Made by a program: the position numbers and the translations under genes | Assembly (NCBI GenBank): GCA_964016885.1 | Contig: OZ024741.1 | Location: 317,936,001-318,000,000 of the forward strand | DNA length: 64,000 bases | Direction: 5' to 3' | Origin: Eledone cirrhosa | Lineage: Eukaryota | Shown here: positions 63,722 through 64,000 of the stretch, one piece after another | Layout: each line of letters opens with the position of its first letter | Numbering within the stretch: the first letter of the stretch is position 1 | Notes under the pieces: generated by a model | The model's input: the letters and a program-made list of their open reading frames with translations, nothing else | The model's database searches: none | Told to the model about the DNA's origin: nothing

Positions 63722-64000
63722 TCATACACATATTTGTGAGTGTGTATGTATGTATATGTTTGTGTGTGTGTATATGGATATGTTTGCGTGTGTCTGGATA
63801 CAAGTATATTTAGAATCATGTATATGTATTTTTTCGATTCTTTAATTTACAGAAATACTCACACACACATACACTTACATATATAATTTTCTTGTTCATA
63901 GTCACCAATAAAATAATATAACACACTCTATCTATAGAAGTATTGAGTACTTTCTTCTGTATGTGATGGCTTTGTTCATTCAAACATACAAATACTAAAT

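Overview
AT-rich, repeat-dense eukaryotic DNA. The SINE, RTE and microsatellite landscape and the single-coding-exon C2H2 genes are most consistent with an octopod (Octopus-like) genome; this is an inference. The only convincing host genes are two divergently oriented C2H2 zinc-finger genes: 13654-15285 (-), about 9 fingers, and 55764-58472 (+), 8 fingers. For both I can propose non-coding 5' exons from strong splice signals, each starting in a CpG-retaining region (about 21-24 kb and 37.5-40.3 kb). The rest is transposon debris: RTE, Rex3-like, BovB-like, Tx1 and CR1-like LINEs, tRNA-derived SINEs, two DD37D/mariner-type transposons, TTAA/piggyBac-type and hAT-type MITEs (often nested), a Helitron fragment, and mini- and microsatellites. 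Most notable: (1) several decayed Penelope-type minimal hammerhead-ribozyme motifs, one inside a 63-bp-arm palindrome; (2) a duplicated zinc-finger triad with near-uniform recognition helices; (3) an inverted pair of 37-bp satellite arrays bracketing the 5' region of the + gene; (4) inverted MITEs flanking a small UTR exon; (5) a 500-bp fold-back. All coordinates were read by eye and repeat boundaries are approximate.
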